A stretch of DNA of 64,000 bases from Elusimicrobiota bacterium (GTDB taxonomy: Bacteria; Elusimicrobiota; Endomicrobiia; Endomicrobiales; JAPLKN01), in the NCBI GenBank assembly GCA_042562855.1, contig JBHPNE010000002.1, positions 7,643-71,642 on the forward strand. Direction: 5' to 3'. Below, one piece after another: positions 22,301 to 26,034 of this stretch (its first letter is position 1; each line of letters opens with the position of its first letter). A program made the translations under genes and the position numbers. The notes below the pieces were generated by a model that was given only the letters and a program-made list of their open reading frames with translations, ran no database searches and was not told where the DNA came from.

Positions 22301-24922
22301 GGCTTGGAGCAGATTTTTGCAGCCAAAGAAATTTATTTAATGGTATACGGTCATAGCAAAGCAGGGGCAATATTAAAAACTCTAAATGGGCCGGTTACGG
22401 ACAATGTCCCGGCAACCTACTTTAGAAATCATCCGAACATGCACTATGTTTTGGATAAAAAAGCTTCATCTTATCATTTAATATTTGAACAAGTGGTAAA
22501 AATGCTGGAGGATCAAAAAAAGACAAATGTAGGCATGTTATATGGCGGATCAATAAGGGGCATTATTGTAGGGTATCTAGAATCTCGTTGTCCAATAAAT
22601 GAAATTGCCCCGGATCTTGGAAAAGATTTTGGCATAGCTGTTTCAAAGCAATATGGGAAAGACGATTACCTAAATTCATCTGAAATTGAACATGCAAGAG
22701 ATTTGGCGAATCTTGGCGGTGCAAGAGTTGTTGTTGCTATGCCCTTGCCCGAAGGAATAAACAAGAGAAACTTTAAAGAGCATTCCCTAATAAATATGTG
22801 TGATACAACCGAGAAACTATTAGGGTTTCGTATTGTTGGCAAAGGAAGATCAAACGTGTATGCTACCGAAATCAAGACAAATAAAGGCAAAGTAGCGGTA
22901 TTTTTCTATAACAAAGCAAAAGTGGAACATGGTTTTGAGATAATGCATTGGATAACAGAAATGCCTGTTACGTTAGAGGTTTTGCATAGGTCCTTTAAAA
23001 ATTTTAACTTAAAAGTAATTGAAACTGATAGACCAATATCCTTGGAAGATTTTGATATCAGTAAAAATTTTGAAAATTCTATCATAGTGTTTAACAAAAT
23101 TGGAGACCTCAAAAAAGATAGAGTCAAAACTGGTTATGATATGACGCTAACAGAAAAAACCGATATATACGATTATTTTATTCTTCTAAATAATTTTGCA
23201 AACAGAAAGAAAGAAGAATTTACTGCTTCCGATCCTATTATTTCTGAAACTATAAATATTAACGAAAATATTGAAGAATTGGAATCTTCTTTATCGGAAG
23301 AAAGCCTGGATAACATGCAAAAAAGGAGTGTCGATACTATAGTGCTCAGGTCTTTGCCTGAACAATTATCATCAGAATGGTTAGAAAAATTGAGCAACGC
23401 AATAAATTTGGCCCATAACAAAAAATTGAAAGTGGTAATTGACTATACAGTCAATAAAAAGTTCACGCAAAATAACTACATGGAAAATTTTTCTGCCGAC
23501 ATGAAAGTTATTCTTAAAAAATCAAACGCGGACGGCGTAAGATTGGATTTCTCAAGCTTGAAGTTAGGTTTAGATAATTATCCAAGATTAGGAATGCTTG
23601 CTATTAAAAAATTCAAAAGCACCATAATAAAATTGAGAACCATAATAATTAAAACAAAACCGGGGGCAATAGTTGGTAGTATTTTGCCTGAGATTTTATT
23701 CCCTGAGACAATGAAGCCTAAGATTCCAATTAAAATCACTCCTGAATCTTCTAAGATGACTGATGGTGAAAAATTAGTGCGGAAGATATATCTTGAAGAT
23801 TTAGACAGGCATTATTTTGAAAAATACAAGAATAGTTATCTTGAAGAAACGGATTTGGAAATTTCGAAACTCTTTAAGAATCTTAATATTAAAAAGGTTG
23901 TAAGAGTTTTATTCGGAAACAATATTCCAGAAAATACATCCAATTCCTGGCTTGAAATCTGCTTAAATGACAACAAGGGCTTAAAAGTGCCTTTAGGCGG
24001 CTTTGGTGTTGATATCAAGGAATTAGAAACCAAATTGTCAAAAGATTTAATAAAGGATGTGGAGATTTTAGGATTGCCGGCTGAACTGGCCAAAGAGATT
24101 TTTGAGACATATGAAGCTCGTTCACTAATAAGCAATATAACTCAACTGTTTAAAAATAAGATTGAAAGCAGAAAAAATAGTCCTGATTATAGATTTCAAA
24201 AGGGAAGACACAGAGCTCTTAATATTAAGAAAAGATACATAGTGCCATACACAGGCAGTGAAAAAATAGCAACTATTGTTCAAGTTTTAAGTGAATATCT
24301 AAGCTTAGATGATGAAAATGTGGAATCGTGGTATAAGAAAAACGAAGCAGTATTGAAAGCATTATTAGAAAAGCATGATTTGAAAATCTTGAATAACTCT
24401 GCAGATGTGAAAAAACAATCACAGATTCATGAAGCAGCCGGATATTTGCTCGGATCCGCCGAAAGAGTTCTTGCTGAAGACCTGATAAAAAAGGAAAACT
24501 TTACAAAGAAGCACGCCGAGTTATACGCAATGGCGCACGTTAAAACTCTTTTACAACCTCATCTTATTCATGCTGATTCCATGAAGAGTGATTTTTCAGG
24601 TTTAAATCCTGAGACAGTACATAAAGCATCAAATTATTTTGATCAGTATAAAAAAGCGATGGCCCTGGCAAATGAAGCTATACGTTTACATGGCGAAAGC
24701 GGGAAATATACTGCTGAAGAAGTATACGATATTGCGGATGAAGCAATAAACCTATTGGCTGATTTACTTGAAAACACGACACCAGCAGGTCAAGCTGCGA
24801 CTACGCTTCAGGAGCTCCTTGATGTTTTTGGAGACAGAGAATCAGGATCCTTAGCTGAAAAAATCGGCAAAGAAGCCATGATCAGTATCGAAGCGGTGCA
24901 AAGCATAACCACTGCTGCATAA
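7355..24922 (+). CDS. Giant multidomain membrane protein (5,855 aa), function unknown
   Basis: Single open frame of 17,568 nt. GGAGG lies 6 nt upstream of ATG 7355, and a terminator lies about 25 nt after the TAA. No other frame in the same span stays open beyond ~205 codons. Contains TM segments and three enzyme-like domains (listed as sub-features). Confidence 0.85.
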   Translation: MSKIKRIFEKVSERYLKKLSIPEPFVEVFVNFKKGIAVTTALAFLFTSVFAQSIFAFTDTKDFSDKKVRETLNTFTIPYTIGRVTDGKYYGSKKIVINIQDLHCHAEVQGNINKIIGLLDDAYSISKVYIEGSSGDLDTSWVKAIKNEQLRNKIVETFVESGRLTGAEYYSIQKNKPKMLKGVENERIYKNNVVRLGKILDQREEIAAQIPAVKQELSRLKDKYYSRYNKRLEKLLTRYGNNEINTEKFYRLLEKLAKKSKVDFYEFDTIKKLISLMKEQKRLKYKIISKQLASYVKHLKDKMPYATYKLLLEKTSNFSKLDEVYTHLKKLSYAYKINLSTKYSELNKFFDFIDANQKINPIDLVSEERKLIQKIHQKTSQNIAEGEIAFISDFFAYLEEYLNNKISANDYEYFQRNSKDFKKLWAKYVYSEKITNLAPYYDLFDVFYKVNIERNKYFIENTLGNIPVLNSGISPVADINHIDETLKSLKNAKEIIVLVTGGFHTEGLERLLSRREVSYLVITPNVTKDTKFADTVYNKFAKQQAKRFASQTMALEAYSKSLATGTMDEIKLKVVRDFAQDQLKIAFKGKKPEKIAEDINSVFQNKENNLEGSFSYFPEKSSEKGNKYYFEYKYKDKTVSLLLSAEDEITIFDTKFHYFKYLLNSKEIVKKEDEKAVSWDLNKIMQSAQAKNLVDLINELVELEEESGQYLTEFNKSIKVVFIEMVKNKIRSQQTLEDIAEDFGFSRDDTIQFRKSLASTGLAFATRQEESLTLKSTYRKYKSLYNFFHRKKNHLPEDWTNREKYGDEYVKQMKNAEIWLAPIVEYAKIRRISNAWNEKKKELINEFFGGHEWNEDQEKRKYAKGGIKDISESMEKGSVIGTTLGIIIGLTIQITLWMIFSIEKMSALGVVTMLYIATPVIFIILASSLGAFIGHAVSHRKYDKEYGTKTKAEKEKLEREGKEVIEAPLTTDVTTFELLELYLKKEAKKVLKRELKDKELDLIYDIISINARMYPGYISKNDMLQILAEEIKMIINNFNNVFGKLPSEKELSLFFENIKLSPDIQETESEMNKIVEKILKVNEMYDKYFNREPDIEELMFIIGQINSKKNKDDIIAGIEKILESIKIIVKEYTHEKELTRNEIIYIYKEELKASKPNKEKIYLKMLLIQNIFRQNVKRLPNAREMKLISYKTESQEEIIERIEQISLVRKYVKDEINYLHLMELTEILVNNILDIKKGDRKRKITKILKNLKILKDVYREIFGLPVIIRDAESYRRQIGEEFSEQTVREYLLNVKSQKDEIKRVMEILAILYDEGITGVKKQEFIDAIAYQYGVNIANLFRESLIDGMEYMIESPVTNNIDFKVSDELKSKYGDKNKDNTEFILKRISEAIYLKQIDDMLEDKLEITSSLISQRDDHLTFKIRIKNEVDEKMIIFPISKSKKKYFEIEYQMLKKLGSLLGTLEVSAETEEICMRSGKLEAIIMEDKIDKEQYETLQMILEFHIERALQIAAGNNEISIFNIDEYKDNYEDVSKDAAETLKNIIIEAKEILGRNPSLKEILGISKIYLKKPHITSIGVSVKTYVGEITEKRAIRLAFAVGIVRAWLNDGVDTDELCKTLYLKLIENIKSEKEIFDDIENIAVEYFSSNPNVAFKNEFKKQYNLEQKSNEEIIIGILEDVFGSEYLPYKAELIKLRMAEIEFDKRAPLGRNIVEVWINGSQKGMFDVMSKLKYANWRKLESSLISILDINAVKEIKALEKYNSTFVVDESKYKNLLDRVTSYLSKFKLSYSSNIDSEKSKKIIGDLENLKHGIKNALLEYYKNFGINRGDNLNNDVSKCLRTVVLHGEDPEEVVKRLGLKVLSNMGLEGAQGQAQQVELTQPKTIEEAVKDFTSQNGSQKEIKAQNIAVKLGKRYENEITLEKLKNREIFKTIKNLVKDEFYKSDEMIRLIVLYAALYKAPRTEAFKLAFRSKKFVDGHKNFNVKQKGKLLEKTKEIQEKGYSLKVARGLAIIAAIAAFAVTFAVFVIPIAFIKLVMSMVTVTIAFFVPPLPYYKKIKGIHFEENLEFLKTGKGLLLMQEDGKESAELTLVEKLKKKFTTPKTIDLSTFDFDAMVKFANENKKSNMSSDVIFVCVIHASIEIYGRYQNSINVQLKEKISEKIIYTSSGEDLRKLFSELLNYNPDIKAMSDLELKIDSKIIREFVNKSIDDAIEKHEHKGLVMQIKDDILEQISYKQRILEQILEIIPDELKKGITAEKIQESVITDNIDNQYRLKNNLPPTIVFSGDLFKGSLKETPDYIAFTIDKEFVAVNTVFGEFGKGGLRYYPPSSEEFYDSKIKGEAVKQVFIEDIDLANAMDLKNIFADVFFTGGKTIILAKPTVKKEEALRTHKDGIIERWAASSIMAGMLCTHYIAGPDMNAGDNDMQRLVEIADAVQRALYEMDPEKYAHFREPLRATTSTPDGFSHMNWQVTSTTVLFALLTLLQDKKVCEKYDIKKDENGDISIIIQGFGDVGSGIVKILYDTIRSEKEIIKIDNIEYDVDIIEKNRISPNQTEINGRKYKTKKVNEDYILRPDYGIKVVGLTTSWMNDENNPEIGGIYNENGLDPDELIRLREKIEKYGTTSVNLHKDYNDKEDTGVTVRGSSRDVLTKPANFLIPAAGPSQFTSRELEPDPQAIIDNGYVLVEELDVDGVIEGANDSFKKGVAEIFHHVLHKLFLPGPMCNAGGVQTSQDEWTYIILIGLEEVIKNMLSLREITRSKITTLTIYNIRRILEELKKSEYKKTPSDILDEFVNSIRDQMKNIDEYDQIIIDRITNTIIDKFRNRKDIAKIIAEFTYARRKAMNNIEVSDEAIDDIIQNIKQGDHFKARSSAYELRLLDLNRLSAKKRYALVMRLIGIVRDIGLSYKIRGAVVDSLSSIAINTPDTIEGQRLSDAIKQSLNSLINNPKFLNLYPYIWSTNLRINHFKVKHDEKIEQGKLPNVESLGFLKKHGTSGWRKGLKASWEQDLAWEQDLTNLAIEMKLEKNFLKRSHKRAFIIEVQKKVEKYFYSLNKDRNIQKIKDEKEPGIFNTPVLATYNREFKNETMRYALRHGLLSKVPTVGYLRENIEKYREHYEAFDYSGDSASASRLTVENMKALEIVVEMAENDEIDNDTKVDIGFMNCSMKDEKRIVVYRFKGKHVIETQKYELNSAGDSVVQIGEILEVYTLDKFRNINDAEIKEKLVHLYNNGVLMYYLEKFVKLEGNENNIQILNNIKRVLEKFKWSKAKEGFEPGDVALAFHSQGYRIGKIFGDANLSLITDTRQKKDKLPFVNESSIKKAIEFFKEPNKSEQEEISNFFDNFEENYGYKWDEALGSTIVQQIAGAGEYVSIPYDHFVKIYLWAAYKIAPYKEDIRDKSFAKGHIHYTPDQIKEVDNDVEKSIAKIESIDDLVMDLIISFVDYSLIPEIQKEATKLAESISKNIKDGMESILHLKHNIETVPGEGLPWVQDEDSENLEQLKQGIFDKIMKAEESSLKPHKPYYDEDESKKQAKDLSEAIIKKDTDDIRFYVKKIVLRYAGADSEHFQSTYFDIVRYCKKLAWYLGELKEIEEYSPYFEVITVAMVQSYEMIIPIIEQSIITLNEEKNDNYWTKGNAKAITEGLGGVTEGVNNLLTDFNKKFVTSNMVKICKDLKGKADKLEKSTKEFLKHMDAVIELMELIKIVIVDEKNVPFDKLKLGEDLKGKYIMKVGLVEIIWGTDKDKVLGMLREFVTHDSRKYVKHELIYILIEYIGNTFKLDAAFFNHDDVKAFIPELVRKKIIKNIKEGEKWYKQTIHDPLIVEILEESYKIKGTANRHALNNLVEGIFLNDKDAIIYGIRELTADNIKKSESFEEKYGDAIQFCNDYIYFMGKLKGRVEFESHFKAITVAMAQAYRNIASIATEAIKKLEENEYEEQSVAANRNAILKVLEELDKNSKELLTGFSPEYINDEMVKIKKELENEVWQLMVSDIQIDNELKRYAEKLKFDPEEFIYLKGLYKQFIESVGKKEVAKIYLGDNFKSASQMSETERRKWFGPEYNDIKKDHKKNVKAAKTVNVIEKRMNGGIWTSALEKMEYLKRILNDLSDRGGRFTKDGKCFIGPKSTDLFFDVEGVIYIDSEGKEGLRTVKVNISEARILQLLESVERKEYASVSIQQLASQKTIDAINDLYDTIYLYDRMDDRIPSDKKRAYKEILEEYEMYREPLIQGTLPTIDPKTNRLSEKFLAPGGHGYWAFKEFLTILGVEKEEAENIIVVIANEDGLNNLYDQNLIGYMKRTDLPVMLLSTTRTALDNKGGLFGILERILAMLEAKEAELSGRDKLGMFYKMGLIPGFGELGKERFNLNTSLFNVEKLSPLLKELVDDIIGKERFYEIIKPPLLQNIKKGEVGNPNDPPRIQMEGLLASVILELNSYFLLLGDSPEDSRVKNLLRTKGILRKNDKGEEIVRFVEVINIDTEDRTDFFTPIKTPIDFCLQYNSDLFGVNAKTWKLKYQKKGALPAFQLHPFYNSLDQMEIAFGNTSTVGLKALTINGKVYFPDTILEGNVLMACFTDEPFDLTLQENREQLIEVFDLALQENMIEVGGGSGISEVDGKLKLKNIAITIDKDGRISVNGMGKLSEEKMLILPITKKISARIIRLFGGDPAKHQKVYKALAFILAPIIETVLLIFYYLPSVFSKSTEDHPTGLSKFAEDHDPATQEERGQLKKGVKAVVKTGLLFAFAAGIYFLSLFILNPSLALIASNWLSNALEILVLFVVGLVAGHAGVNIVIWRKQKHLIIKRDNDTIIQVDSPDDGAKFAVDKLARTIRENDIIGKETVVMLATGGTMEPFYNELVRRNKLSSKHKNYLNLSNLIIFNLDEYEGIEIFRNEIFENLIEETNVNPDNFYFWYGKNPIKEQIERMEKLISNYGGIDFAFVGIGANGHVGKNEPGTNPEVSGAVVISPQTRRDNARAFDNKEELVPEKWFGFGLEQIFAAKEIYLMVYGHSKAGAILKTLNGPVTDNVPATYFRNHPNMHYVLDKKASSYHLIFEQVVKMLEDQKKTNVGMLYGGSIRGIIVGYLESRCPINEIAPDLGKDFGIAVSKQYGKDDYLNSSEIEHARDLANLGGARVVVAMPLPEGINKRNFKEHSLINMCDTTEKLLGFRIVGKGRSNVYATEIKTNKGKVAVFFYNKAKVEHGFEIMHWITEMPVTLEVLHRSFKNFNLKVIETDRPISLEDFDISKNFENSIIVFNKIGDLKKDRVKTGYDMTLTEKTDIYDYFILLNNFANRKKEEFTASDPIISETININENIEELESSLSEESLDNMQKRSVDTIVLRSLPEQLSSEWLEKLSNAINLAHNKKLKVVIDYTVNKKFTQNNYMENFSADMKVILKKSNADGVRLDFSSLKLGLDNYPRLGMLAIKKFKSTIIKLRTIIIKTKPGAIVGSILPEILFPETMKPKIPIKITPESSKMTDGEKLVRKIYLEDLDRHYFEKYKNSYLEETDLEISKLFKNLNIKKVVRVLFGNNIPENTSNSWLEICLNDNKGLKVPLGGFGVDIKELETKLSKDLIKDVEILGLPAELAKEIFETYEARSLISNITQLFKNKIESRKNSPDYRFQKGRHRALNIKKRYIVPYTGSEKIATIVQVLSEYLSLDDENVESWYKKNEAVLKALLEKHDLKILNNSADVKKQSQIHEAAGYLLGSAERVLAEDLIKKENFTKKHAELYAMAHVKTLLQPHLIHADSMKSDFSGLNPETVHKASNYFDQYKKAMALANEAIRLHGESGKYTAEEVYDIADEAINLLADLLENTTPAGQAATTLQELLDVFGDRESGSLAEKIGKEAMISIEAVQSITTAA
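7600..8940 (+). other. Giant ORF sub-region: possible Tiki/ChaN/TraB-superfamily-like bilobed domain with a long helical insert
   Basis: VINIQDLHCHAEVQ...VYIEGSSG near 7640-7750 and IIVLVTGGFHTEGL near 8841-8880 resemble the H/E ... GxxH signature of that superfamily. Motif-level only. Confidence 0.25.
9800..10190 (+). other. Giant ORF membrane module copy 1
   Basis: AEIWLAPIVEY ... FFGGHEWNEDQEKRKYAKGG ... two hydrophobic helices (VIGTTLGIIIGLTIQITLWMIF; ALGVVTMLYIATPVIFIILASSLGAFIGHAV). Confidence 0.6.
13185..13550 (+). other. Giant ORF membrane module copy 2
   Basis: LIVLYAALYKAPRTE ... KFVDGHKNFNVKQKGKLLEK ... two hydrophobic helices (GLAIIAAIAAFAVTFAVFVIPIAFI; LVMSMVTVTIAFFVPPLPYY). 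Confidence 0.6.
14180..15700 (+). other. Giant ORF domain: Glu/Leu/Phe/Val-dehydrogenase-like (GDH-like)
   Basis: GKGGLRYYP; LANAMDLKNIFADVFFTGGKTIILAKP; IAGPDMNAGDNDM; IIIQGFGDVGSG; GIYNENGLDPDEL; LIPAAGPSQ; VIEGANDSF; LPGPMCNAGGVQTSQDEW. These are collinear with the canonical GDH motif order. Confidence 0.7.
17938..19303 (+). repeat. Giant ORF internal duplication of a ~150-aa helical module (copies ~17938-18385 and ~18857-19303)
   Basis: FEVITVAMVQSYEMI vs FKAITVAMAQAYRNI; KKDTDDIRFYVKKI vs LNDKDAIIYGIREL; NNLLTDFNKKFVTSNMVKICKDL vs KELLTGFSPEYINDEMVKIKKEL. Confidence 0.7.
19480..21250 (+). other. Giant ORF domain: UDP-sugar pyrophosphorylase-like (UDPGP family)
   Basis: KRMNGGIWTS (compare KLNGGLGTSMG); LAPGGHGYWAF (compare PPGHGD); VVIANEDGLNN (compare VSNIDNLG); TTRTALDNKGGLFG (compare KTRADVKGG); FNLNTSLF; IQMEGLLASV; RTDFFTPIKTPIDFCLQYNSDLF (compare RSRFLPVKTTSDLLLVMSNLY); LTINGKVYFPDTILEGNV C-terminal beta-helix-like tail. 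Confidence 0.72.
21340..21725 (+). other. Giant ORF membrane module copy 3
   Basis: ALAFILAPIIETVLLIFYYL ... KFAEDHDPATQEERGQLKKG ... hydrophobic helices (GLLFAFAAGIYFLSLFILNP; ALEILVLFVVGLVAGHAGVNIVIW). Confidence 0.6.
21765..22480 (+). other. Giant ORF domain: glucosamine-6-phosphate deaminase / 6-phosphogluconolactonase-like (NagB fold)
   Basis: VVMLATGGTMEPFYNEL; IIFNLDEY; FAFVGIGANGHVGKNEPG; RRDNARAF; IYLMVYGHSKAGAILKTLNGPV; VPATYFRNHPNMHYVLD. Collinear with E. coli NagB, with the Asp/His/Glu catalytic positions present. Confidence 0.8.
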
Positions 24923-24945
24923 AGGCAATAGAGTTTATAAAAAAA

Positions 24946-24978
24946 CAGGTATACAAAAATCGTATACCTGTTTTTTTG
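24946..24978 (+). terminator. Rho-independent terminator of the giant ORF
   Basis: CAGGTATAC (24946-24954) / GTATACCTG (24962-24970) form a perfect 9-bp stem with a 7-nt loop and a T7 run. It is preceded by an A-run, so it could act bidirectionally. Confidence 0.8.
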
Positions 24979-25059
24979 TTTACTCAAATACAAGATAAAT
25001 AATGTAAATAGAAATGATGTAATGCTAAAATATGGAAAAATATTTTTTTCAGCAAATAC

Positions 25060-25088
25060 TTGACAAAATATAGCACATAATGTACAAT
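25060..25088 (+). promoter_or_regulatory. Sigma70-type promoter candidate
   Basis: TTGACA (25060-25065), 17-nt spacer, TACAAT (25083-25088). It lies 42 nt upstream of ATG 25130. Confidence 0.55.
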
Positions 25089-25129
25089 AACAACGCAATA
25101 TAGAAAAACTAAGTACGGCATGGCAAAAT

Positions 25130-25387
25130 ATGGAAAATAATGTTGGCCAAAAAGACACTAAGCAGGTAATGGATATCAGGGAGCTTTCTGAATATCTCGG
25201 TATCGGTAAATCAAAGATTTACAACCTAATACGCAACAAAAAAATTCCTGCATCCCGCATTGGGCGGCAGTATAGATTTTCAAAAGAAGTTGTTGATGCT
25301 TGGCTTAAAGAAAGAATAATAACAACAAAAGAAGACGCAAATTTGTCCTTGTTCAAAAAAGAAAAAATAAATGAGAATAAAGGATAG
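25130..25387 (+). CDS. Excisionase-family / MerR-like helix-turn-helix DNA-binding protein
   Basis: 85 aa. MDIRELSEYLGIGKSKIYNLIRNKKIPASRIGRQYRFSKEVVDAWL is the typical HTH_17 pattern. Confidence 0.8.
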   Translation: MENNVGQKDTKQVMDIRELSEYLGIGKSKIYNLIRNKKIPASRIGRQYRFSKEVVDAWLKERIITTKEDANLSLFKKEKINENKG

Positions 25388-25462
25388 CAATTTGCGTTTT
25401 TTTTTGGTATAAGTTTAGGCGTTCATTAATTGACGCACAAAATAAAAAGGAGGTGACACACA

Positions 25463-25726
25463 ATGGCAGAAAAAGTTGCTAAAGCAGGAGTAAAAAGAGT
25501 AGACGGGTATCTCTACTTCATTGACAAAGCTGGAGATATCTCTCGTGCAAAAATGGCTCGCGGAGGTAAGAAAGGCGGTCAAAAAGAAAAAGTAAAAAAA
25601 GTTGGAGTAAAGAAAGCATCAGGGTATCTTTACTTCATGGATAAAGCCGGTGATGTTTCCCGTGCGAAAATGGTTCGTCGCGGCGGCGGAAAGAAAAAGA
25701 AAAAAGCAAAGAAAAAGAAAAAATAG
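25463..25726 (+). CDS. Lysine-rich tandem-repeat miniprotein (hypothetical)
   Basis: 87 aa with a strong SD (AAGGAGGTG). Two copies of GVK+xxGYLYF(I/M)DKAGD(I/V)SRAKM(A/V)R. Poly-Lys C-terminal tail. Confidence 0.7.
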   Translation: MAEKVAKAGVKRVDGYLYFIDKAGDISRAKMARGGKKGGQKEKVKKVGVKKASGYLYFMDKAGDVSRAKMVRRGGGKKKKKAKKKKK

Positions 25727-25865
25727 ATTTCTTTTTAAAATAGTGGTCGCTTGAGGGACCTGATAATTTAGGGTTTGAACCTCGGACTAAGCTATAAGCC
25801 AATATATAAGGGCCTTTGCATATCTCGTCTTTATGAGATGGAGGGCTCTTTTATATTTTTGTGTG

Positions 25866-25895
25866 TTGACACAAATTTTACAAATTTGCTAGAAT
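25866..25895 (+). promoter_or_regulatory. Sigma70-type promoter candidate for tRNA-Val
   Basis: TTGACA (25866-25871), 18-nt spacer, TAGAAT (25890-25895). It lies about 28 nt upstream of the tRNA. Confidence 0.5.
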
Positions 25896-25922
25896 TATCG
25901 ACCAATATTTCAAATATATGTT

Positions 25923-25995
25923 GGGCAGTTAGCTCAGCTGGAAGAGCACTTCCCTTACAAGGAAGGGGTCGTAGGTTCGAACCCTACACTGCCCA
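25923..25995 (+). tRNA. tRNA-Val (anticodon UAC)
   Basis: 73-nt cloverleaf. GGGCAGT/ACTGCCC acceptor; GCTC..GAGC D arm; CTTCC-CTTACAA-GGAAG anticodon arm; GTAGG-TTCGAAC-CCTAC T arm. No CCA. Confidence 0.9.
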
Positions 25996-26034
25996 TTTTA
26001 TTTTTTAGTCAACAATAATTCACCGGAGGGAACA

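Noticed and set aside
7324-24135. About 35 minus-strand or out-of-frame ORFs of 60-205 aa inside the giant gene (for example 12049-12666, 11173-11586, 15940-16341, 21996-22370).
   Set aside because: All are low-complexity S/F/I/L-rich shadows of the K/E/N/I-rich sense frame. They lack SD sequences and recognisable motifs, and they are far shorter than the sense frame they overlap.
7355-24922. The giant ORF as an NRPS/PKS, an RTX/Ig-repeat adhesin, or a polymorphic toxin.
   Set aside because: I saw no condensation, adenylation, KS, AT or PCP core motifs. I saw no tandem Ig, cadherin or GGxGxD repeats. I saw no recognisable toxin or immunity tail. The internal repeats are limited to one ~150-aa duplication, three TM modules and a short motif array.
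25740-25795. A tRNA-like fragment (GGTTTGAACCTC resembles a T arm; GCTT...AAGC ends).
   Set aside because: Only ~48 nt long, with 4-5 acceptor pairs and no D or anticodon arm. This is too weak to call.
25130-25995. An integrated mobile element at tRNA-Val, suggested by the excisionase-type HTH gene next to a tRNA.
   Set aside because: There is no integrase, recombinase or phage gene. I found no direct repeat of the tRNA 3' end downstream. The following 16-kb locus looks like ordinary, if unusual, envelope genes.
25775-26008. 77-aa ORF in the track.
   Set aside because: It runs through the promoter and body of tRNA-Val (25923-25995) and has no SD. It is spurious.
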